Below are positions 52,747-61,700 of a stretch of DNA of 64,000 nt, in pieces. The position numbers and the translations under genes were made by a program. The notes below the pieces were generated by a model. It did no database searches. It was given only the letters and a program-made list of their open reading frames with translations, and was not told the origin of the DNA. The number at the start of each line of letters is the position of its first letter. Position 1 is the first letter of the stretch. The DNA lies in NCBI GenBank assembly GCA_963716255.1, contig OY970303.1:7424001-7488000 (forward strand). The letters run 5' to 3'. The DNA comes from an uncultured Gemmatimonadales bacterium (lineage in GTDB: Bacteria; Gemmatimonadota; Gemmatimonadetes; Longimicrobiales; Longimicrobiaceae).

Positions 52747-55700
52747 ATGACCAAGCCCACGCTTTCCATCGACGACCTCACCCCGGAGCAGCTGCAGCGG
52801 CTCCAGGAGCGCATGGCCCAGCTGCGCGGCCAGGCTCCGGCGGCCGCGGGGATCCCCCGGCGCGCCGGCTCCGGCCCCGCGCCGCTGTCGTTCGCGCAGC
52901 GGCAGATCTGGCTCCAGCACCAGCTGGACCCCGGCGGCACCCTCTTCAACGTCCCCACCGTGCTCCGGCTCCGGGGCGAGCTGGATCCCCGCGCGCTGCG
53001 CCGCGCGCTGGACGAGCTGGTGCGCCGCCACGAGCTGCTGCGCACCACGTTCGAGCTGCTGGAGGAGGGGCCGGTGCAGGTGGTGGCCCTCGCGCGCGGC
53101 GCCCCCCTCGCCGAGGCCGACCTGTCCGGGGAGGAGGACCCGGAGGCCGCGGCGCTCGAGCGCGCCGGAGCCGAGTCCGCGCGCCCCTTCGACATGGCGG
53201 AGGACCCGCCGTTCCGGGCGGCGCTGCTGCGCGTGGGGCCGCGCGACCACGTGCTCGCGCTGGTCATGCACCACGTCGCGCGCGACCGCTGGACGTCCGG
53301 CGTGCTGATGGGGGAGATCGCGGCGCTGTACCGCGCCTTCCGCGAGGGCGCGCCGTCGCCGCTCCCCGAGCCGCGCATCCAGTTCGCGGACTACGCCGTG
53401 TGGGAGCGCGAGCGGCTGCGCGGCGAGACGCTGGACCGGCTCCTCGCCTTCTGGAGCGCCCACCTGGACGGCGCCCCGTCCCCGCAGAGCCCGCCCGCCG
53501 ACCATCCCCGCGGGTCGCGGCCCATGGAGCTGGTGCGCCTCCCCCTGCCCGTCCCGGCGGACACGGCGGGCGCGCTGCGGCGCCTGGCGCGCGAGGAGAG
53601 CGGGACGGCGTACATGGTGCTGCTTGCCGTGTACCTGGTCCTGCTGCGCGGCTACACCGGCGAGGACGACCTGGTGCTGGGCACGTACGTGGGGGGGCGC
53701 ACCCGCCCGGAAACGGAGCGGCTGGTGGGGAGCCTGGCGAACACGCTGGTGCTGCGCTTCCGGGTGGAGGACGGCGCCGGCTTCCGCGGCCTCCTGCGGC
53801 AGGTCCGCGCGGTGGTCCTGGACGCGCAGCGCCACCAGGAGCTCCCCTTCGAGCGGCTGGTGGAGGAGCTCCAGCCCGTGCGCGAGCCGGGCCGCACGCC
53901 GCTCATCCGCAGCGCCTTCAACGTGTCCCGCGCCGCGCCCGCGAACCTGGAGCTGCCGGGGGTGGAGGTGGAAGTGCTCCCGTTCGCGGCCGGCGGGGCG
54001 GGGGTGGACGTGCACTGGGCGCTGGAGGAGTGGGACGAAGGGATCGTCGGCCACCTGGAGTACGACGCCGGCCTGTACCTCGCGGCAACCGCCGAGCGCC
54101 TGGCCGCCGCCTACCTGCGCCTGCTGGACGCCGCCGTCGCCGCCCCGGACACGCCGCTGGACGCGCTCCCCCTCCTCGCCCCCGCCGAGCGCGACCGCCT
54201 GCTGCACGCGTGGAACGACACCCGCCGCGCGCACCCCGCCGGCGCGTGCGTGCACGGCCTGTTCGCCGCGAGCGCCGCGCGCACCCCCCACGCCGTCGCC
54301 GTGGAGCACCGCTCCGGCACGCTCACCTACGCGGAGCTGGACGCGCGCGCCGGGCGCCTGGCGAGCGCGCTCCGCGCCCGGGGCGTGGGCCCGGACGTGC
54401 GCGTGGGGCTGTGCCTGGAGCGCGGCCCGGAGCTGATGGCCGCGCTGCTCGCCGTCCTCAAGGCCGGCGGCGCCTACGTGCCGCTGGACCCCGCCTACCC
54501 GGCGGAGCGCCTGTCCTACATGCTCCGCGACAGCGGCGCCCACGTGCTGCTGACCCAGCAGGCGCTGGCGGGACGGGTGGGGGAGTTCGGGGGCGAGACC
54601 GTCGTGGTCGATACCCCTCACCTCCCGGCCCCCTACTCCGCAAGGGGGGAGGGGGAGAACGACAACGACACGTCGGGAGCCGAGGAGCGGGAAGCCCTCC
54701 CCCAGAATTGGGGGAGGGTGGCGAGCCTAAGCGAGCCGGGTGGGGGCACCCCCGCGGACGCCAGTACGGCGTCTGCCGAGCAGGTTGCAGTTCTCCCCTC
54801 TCCCCTTGTGGGAGAGGGGCCGGGGGTGAGGGGTGAGCCCGTCGTCCACCCTGACAACCTGGCGTACGTCATCTACACCTCCGGCTCCACCGGCACCCCC
54901 AAGGGCGTGGCGCTGCCGCACCGCGCGCTCGTCAACCTGCTGCGCTGGCAGGACGCGGAATGGAGGCACCCGGAGGCCGCTGCGACGCTCCAGTTCACCA
55001 CCGTCGGCTTCGACGTGTCCTTCCAGGAGATCTTTTCCTGCTGGCTCTCCGGCGGGCGGCTGGTGCTGGTGGACGAGGACGAGCGGCGCGACCTGGGCGC
55101 CGTGCTGGACCGGCTGGACCGGGCGCGCGTGGAGCGGCTCTTCCTGCCGTACGTCGCCCTCCAGCACCTGGCCGAGCTGGGCGAGGAGCGCGGCGTGTAC
55201 CCGGCCGCGCTGCGGGAGGTGCAGACGGCCGGCGAGCAGCTGCGCGTGACCGAGCCCATCCGCCGCTGGCTGGCGGAGACCGGGGCGGCGCTCTCCAACC
55301 AGTACGGCCCGTCCGAGACACACGTCGCCACGGCGCTGGCGCTGGAGGGCGACCCGGCGGGCTGGCCGCTCCTCCCCGCGATCGGGCGGCCCATCGCAAA
55401 CGCGCGCTGCTACGTGCTGGACCCGCGCGGCGAGCCCGCGCCGGTCGGCGCGCCCGGCGAGCTGCTGCTGGCCGGCGCGTGCCTGGCGCGTGGCTACCTG
55501 GGGCGGCCGGAGCTGACCGCCGAGAAGTTCGTCCCCGACCCCTTCGCGGGGGAGCCCGGCGCGCGCGCGTACCGCACCGGCGACCGGGCGCGCTGGCTCG
55601 CCGACGGCACGCTGGAGTTCCTGGGCCGCGGCGACGCGCAGGTCAAGGTGCGCGGCCACCGCGTGGAGCCGGGCGAGGTGGAGGCCGCGCTGGAGGCGCA

Positions 55701-58700
55701 CCCCGCCGTGCGCCAGGCGGTGGCGGCGGTGCGCGCCGACGCGGCGGGGCAGGGGAGGCTGGTGGCCTGGGTGGTGGCGGAGGACGGCGCCGCGCCGCGC
55801 CCCGCCGAGCTGCGGGAGCACGTCGGCGGGCGGCTCCCGGAGTACATGGTGCCCTCCGCGGTGGCGGTGCTCGCGGCGTTTCCGCTGACGCCGAGCGGCA
55901 AGGTGGACCGCCGCTCGCTCCCCGAGCCGGACGCGGCGGCGGGGGAGGCGGAGGACTACGCCGCCCCCGAGACGCCCACGGAGGAGGTCCTGGCGGGGAT
56001 CTTCCGGACGGTGCTCGGCGCGGAGAGGATCGGCGCGCGCGACGACTTCTTCGCGCTGGGCGGGCACTCGCTGCTGGCCACCCGCGTGATGTCGCGGGTC
56101 CGGGACGCGCTGGGGCTGGACCTCCCGCTGCGCGAGATCTTCGATGCGTCCACGGTCCGCGCCCTCGCGGCGCGGGTGGACGCGCTGCTCGGAGCGGGCG
56201 CGGCCGCGGAGGAGTCGCCGCTGCAGCGCGCGCCGCGCGACGGGCGGCTGCGGGCGGAGGGCGCCGTGCAGGCGCCCGCCCTGGTCCCGGTACTGCGGGA
56301 CCGGCCGCTCCCCGCGTCGTTCGCCCAGCAGCGGCTCTGGTTCATCGACCGGATGGAGCCCGGGAGCGCCGCCTACAACCTCCCCGCCGCGCTGCGCCTG
56401 CGCGGGCGGCTGGACGCGCGGGCGCTGCGGCGCGCCCTCGCCGGGGTGGTGCGCCGCCACGAGTCGCTGCGCACCGTCTTCGCCGAGGCCGGCGGCGAGC
56501 CCGTGCAGGTGGTCCGCCCGGCCGCGCCCGTCGCGCTCCCCGCCGTCGACCTCCTCCGCCTGTCCCCCGAGGCCCGCGCCCGCGAGGCCGCCCGCCTCGC
56601 CGCCGCCGAGGCGCTGCGCCCCTTCGACCTTGCCGCCGGGCCGCTGCTGCGTGCCTCGCTGCTCCGCCTGGACGCGGAGACATGGGCGCTCCTCTTCAGC
56701 ATGCACCACGTCGTCGCCGACGGGTGGAGCGTGGGCGTCCTGGTGCGCGAGGTGTCCGCGCTGTACACGGCGTTCTCGCGCGGCGCATCGTCGCCGCTCC
56801 CCCCGCTCCCGGTGCAGTACGCCGACTACGCGGCGTGGCAGCGGGGGTGGCTCACCGGGGCCGCGCTGGACGCGCAGGTCGCCTGGTGGCGGGAGCGCCT
56901 GGCGGGTGCGCCGCCGCTCCTGGAGCTGCCCACGGACCGGCCGCGCCCCGCCACGCAGGACGGCGCCGGGGCGTCGGTGCCCTTCGCGCTCGGCGCCGGG
57001 GCCGCGGGGGCGCTGCGGGCGCTCGCCCGCGAGGAGGGGGCGACGATGTTCATGGCGCTGCTGGCGGGGTGGCAGCTCCTCCTGTCGCGCTGGTCCGGCC
57101 AGGACGACGTGAGCGTCGGCACGCCCATCGCCGGACGCAACCGGGTGGAGACGGAGGGGCTGATCGGCTTCTTCGTCAACACGCTGGTGATGCGCGCCGA
57201 CCTGTCCGGCGCCCCGTCGTTCCGCGCGCTGCTGGGGCGGGCGAGGGAAGGCACGCTGGGGGCGTACCACCACCAGGAGGTGCCCTTCGAAAAGCTGGTG
57301 GAGGAGCTGGCGCCGGCCCGCAGCCTCCGCCACGCGCCGCTCTTCCAGGTGATGTTCGCGATGACCGCGAACGCCCTGGGCGAGCTGCGCATGGGCGACC
57401 TGGAGACGGAGCCGCTGGGGGTGGGCGACCCGCCCGCCAAGTTCGACCTCAACCTGGAGCTCGGCGACGGGGAAGGCGGGGTGGGCGGGGCGCTGTCGTA
57501 CCGGGCGGAGCTGTGGGAGCGGGCCACCGTGGAGCGGATGGCCGGCCACCTGGCTGCGCTGCTGGAGGGCGTCGCGGCGGACCCGGACCGTCCCGCGGCG
57601 GAGGTCCCCTTCCTGGGCGCGGCCGAAAGGTCGCGGGTGCTGGAGGAGTGGAACGCGACGCAGCGGCCCTACCCGGCCGGGCCGTGCGTGCACGACCTGT
57701 TCGCCGCGCAGGCGCGGCGCACGCCCGCCGCCGTCGCCATCTCCCACCGCGGCGAGACGGTCACCTACGCGGAGCTGGACCGGCGCTCCGCGCGCCTGGC
57801 GAACGCGCTGCGCCGCCGCGGCGTGGGGCCGGAGACGCGCGTGGGGATCTGCCTGGAACGCACGCCGGAGCTGGCCGTGGCGATGCTGGGCGTGCTGCGC
57901 GCGGGAGGGGCGTACGTGCCGCTGGACCCCGCGTACCCGCCCGCGCGAACCGCCGGGATGCTGGAGGACGCCGGGGTCCGCCTGGTCGTCGCCGCGTCGG
58001 CGCTCGCCGGCCGGGTCCCCGCGGGCGCGGCCGGGCTGTTCCTGGTGGACGAGGAGCGCGAGGCGCTTCTGGCCGAGCCGGACACGGCGCCGGAGAGCGG
58101 CGCCACCGCGGAGAACCTGTCGCACGTCATCTTCACCTCGGGATCCACGGGGCGCCCCAAGGGGGTCATGGTGCGCCACTCGTCCGTGGTCGTGCTGCTG
58201 CACTGGCTGCGCGAGACGGTTGCCGACGAGGAGCGCGCGGGCGCGCTCTGGTCCACCTCCGCGAGCTTCGACGTGTCGGTGGCCGAGGTGTTCGGCACGC
58301 TCTGCTGGGGCGGCAGGCTGGTGCTGGTGGAGAACGCGCTGGAGCTGGCCACGGTCCGGGAGCCCGTCGTGGCCGCCGGCATGGTCCCCAGCGCCGCGGC
58401 CGAGCTGCTGCGCTCCGGCGGGATCCCGGCGGGGCTGAGGACGCTGAACCTGGCCGGCGAGGCGCTGCCGGAGGCGCTCGCGCGGGGGCTCCACGCCCTC
58501 GGCACCGTGGCGGTCCTCCGCAACCTCTACGGGCCCACCGAGGACACCACGTACTCCACCTGGGCTCTGGTCGGCCGCGGAGCGGAGCGCGTTTCCATCG
58601 GCAGGCCGGTGGCGAACACGCGGGCGTACGTGCTGGACGACCGCCACCAGCCCGTCCCCGTGGGCGTCGCGGGCGAGCTGTACCTGGCCGGCGACGGGCT

Positions 58701-61700
58701 GGCGCGCGGCTACGTGGGGCGCCCCGAGCTGACGGCCGAGCGCTTCGTCCCGGACCCGTTCGGCGAGCCGGGGAGCCGCATGTACCGGGTGATGGACCGC
58801 GTGCGCTGGCTGGCGGGCGGCGAGCTGGAGTACCTGGGCCGCGCGGACCAGCAGGTCAAGGTGCGCGGCTTCCGCGTGGAGCCCGGCGAGGTCGAGGCGA
58901 CGCTGGGGCGGCACCCGTCCGTTCTGGAGGCGGTCGTCGTGGCGCGGGAGGACGCGCCCGGGGACCGCCGGCTGGTGGCCTACGTCGTCCCCGCCGCGGG
59001 CGCCGCCGCCGTGCCCGCGGAGCTGCGCGCGTTCGCGGGCGAGCACCTGCCGGCGTACATGGTGCCCGCGGCCGTGGTGGTGCTGGAGGGGCTGCCGCTC
59101 TCCTCCAACGGCAAGATCGACCGCGCGGCGCTCCCTGCCCCCGAGTGGACGGCCGCGGCGGACGCCTTCGTGGCGCCGCGGACCCCCACCGAGACGACGC
59201 TGGCCGGGATCTGGGCCAGGGTGCTGGGGGTGGAGCGCGTGGGCGCGGACGACGACTTCTTCGCGCTGGGCGGGCACTCGCTGCTCGCGACGCGCGTGGT
59301 CTCGCAGATCCGCGACGTGATGGGCGTGGAGGTGCCGCTGCGGACCGCCTTCGAGGCTCCCACCGTGGCCGCGCTCGCGGCGCGCGTGGACTCGCTTCGC
59401 GGAGCGGGGGCGGCCGCCAGGGAGTCGACGCTGGTGCGCTTCGCGCGCGAGCGCCGCCTCCGGACGGAGGCGGGCGCCGCGCAGGCGGCGCCTCCCGCCG
59501 TGGTTCCCGCGCCCGCGCCGTCGCCTGCGCCCGTCCCGGCCCCCGCGGCCGGGTCGCCGCCGCCGCTCGTCCCGGTCCCCCGGGACGGGTCGCCGCTGCC
59601 GGTGTCGTTCGCGCAGCAGCGGCTCTGGCTCCTGCAGCAGTTGGACCCGCGGAGCGCCGCCTACAACATGGCCTTCGCGCTCCGGGTGCGCGGGCGGCTG
59701 GACCCGGGCGTGCTGGAGGCGGCGGTCTCGGAGATCGTCCGCCGGCACGAGACGCTGCGCACGGTCTTCCCGGAGTCGGACGGCCGGCCGGTGCAGGTGA
59801 TCCGCGCCCCTGCGCCCTTCGCGGTCCCGCGGACGGACCTGCGCGCGCTCCCGGAGGCCGCCCGCGCCCACGAGGCCCGGCGGCTGGCGGGCGAGGAGGC
59901 GCTGCGCCCCTTCGACCTGGCCGCGGGGCCGCTGCTGCGCGTGCGCGTCGTGCGGCTGGACGGGGAGGAGTGGGCGCTGCTCTTCACCCTTCACCACGTG
60001 GTGGGCGACGGGTGGAGCCTGGGCGTGATCGTCCGCGAGCTGTCGGAGCTGTACGGCGCCCTGGCGGAGGGGCGCGCGCCGGTCCTCCCGCCGCTCCCGG
60101 TGCAGTACGCCGACTACGCCGTCTGGCAGCGCGGCTGGCTCGTGGGCGCGACGCTGGAGGCGCAGCTCGCCTTCTGGCGCGAGCAGCTGCGGGGCGCCCC
60201 GCAGCTCCTGGAGATCCCGACGGACCGCCCCCGCCTCCACGCGGGCGGCGACCGGGGGGAAACGCGCGCCTTTTCGCTGGCCGGCGCCACGCCGGCCGCG
60301 CTGCGGGCGCTCGCCCGCCGCGAGGGCGCGACGCTGTTCATGTCGCTGCTCGCCGCGTGGCAGCTCCTGCTGGGCCGCTGGGCCGGCCAGGACGACGTGT
60401 GCGTGGGCACCCCGGTGGCCGGCCGCGCGCGTGTGCAGACGGAGCCGCTGATCGGCTTCTTCGTCAACACGCTGGTGATGCGCGCCGACCTGTCCTGCAC
60501 GGAACGGCTCACCTTCGCCGGGCTGCTGCGCCAGGTCCGCGAGACCGCGCTCGGCGCCTACGCCCACCAGGACCTCCCCTTCGAGCGCCTGGTGGAGGAG
60601 CTCGCCCCGGAGCGCGGCGCGGGCCGCTCGCCGCTCTTCCAGGTGGTGTTCTCGCTGCTGACGGTCGAGATGGGCGCGCCGCGGATGGGCGGGGCGCGGA
60701 TGGAGCCGCTGCCCCGCGACGCGGAGCCGGCGCGCTTCGACCTCAGCCTCACCGTCGCCGCCGACGAGGGAAAGCTCGCCGGCACGCTCCTCTTCCGCAC
60801 CGACCTGTTCGACGGCGCGACGGTCGAGCGGATGCTCGGCCACTACGCCACCCTGCTCGCCGCGCTCGCCGCCGATCCCGACGCGCCGGTCGGCCGGGCC
60901 GACATGCTTTCCGCCGCCGAGCGCGCGCAGCTCCTGCACGCCTGGAACGACACCGCCGCCGACCTCCCGCGCGGCCTCGTCCACGAGAGGATCGCGCAGC
61001 AGGCCGCGCGCACGCCGCACGCCCCCGCCGTCCTGTTCCGCGAGCGCACCCTCACCTATGCCGAGCTGGAGCGCGACGCCGGCCGGCTCGCGCGCCGCCT
61101 GCGCGACGCGGGCGTGCGGGTGGACGACCGCGTGGGGATCCTCCTGGAGCGCGGCGAGGCGCTGGTGGTCGCGGTGCTCGGCATCCTCAAGGCCGGCGCC
61201 GCGTACGTCGCGCTGGATCCCGGCCACCCGGACGAGCGCCTGCGCTTCGTGCTCGCCGACGCCGCGGCCTCCGCGGTGGTCGCCACCCCCGAGCTGTCGC
61301 CGCGGCTGGCGGGGTTCGCGGGGGCGGTGGTGTGCCCCGGGTCCCCCCTCCCCCAGGCCCCCTCCCCCGCAAGGGGGGAGGGGGGTCCCGCCATCGCGCC
61401 GGAGCCCCCCGTCGACCCCGACAACCTGGCGTACGTCATCTACACCTCCGGCTCCACCGGCACCCCCAAGGGCGTACTGGCGACCCACCGCGGCCTCGCC
61501 AACTACCTGGCCTGGTTCAACCGCGAGGTGCTGGGCGAGGACGGCTTCGCCCTGCCGCTGGTCTCGCGGCTCAGCTTCGACGCGCACGTGCGGCAGCTCT
61601 TCCCGCCGCTGCTGCGCGGCGAGCCCGTGTGGGTGCTCCCCGAGGAGACCGCGGCCGATCCCGCGGCGCTGCTGGCCGCGCTGTCGGCGCGCGGGCGCGT

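Noticed and set aside
56190..59580. Similar extended T-C linkers (ESPLQRAPRDGRLRAEG near 56210; ESTLVRFARERRLRTEAG plus Pro/Ala run near 59420)
   Set aside because: Explained by ordinary module duplication and linker expansion, with no match to the R1 or R2 repeats.
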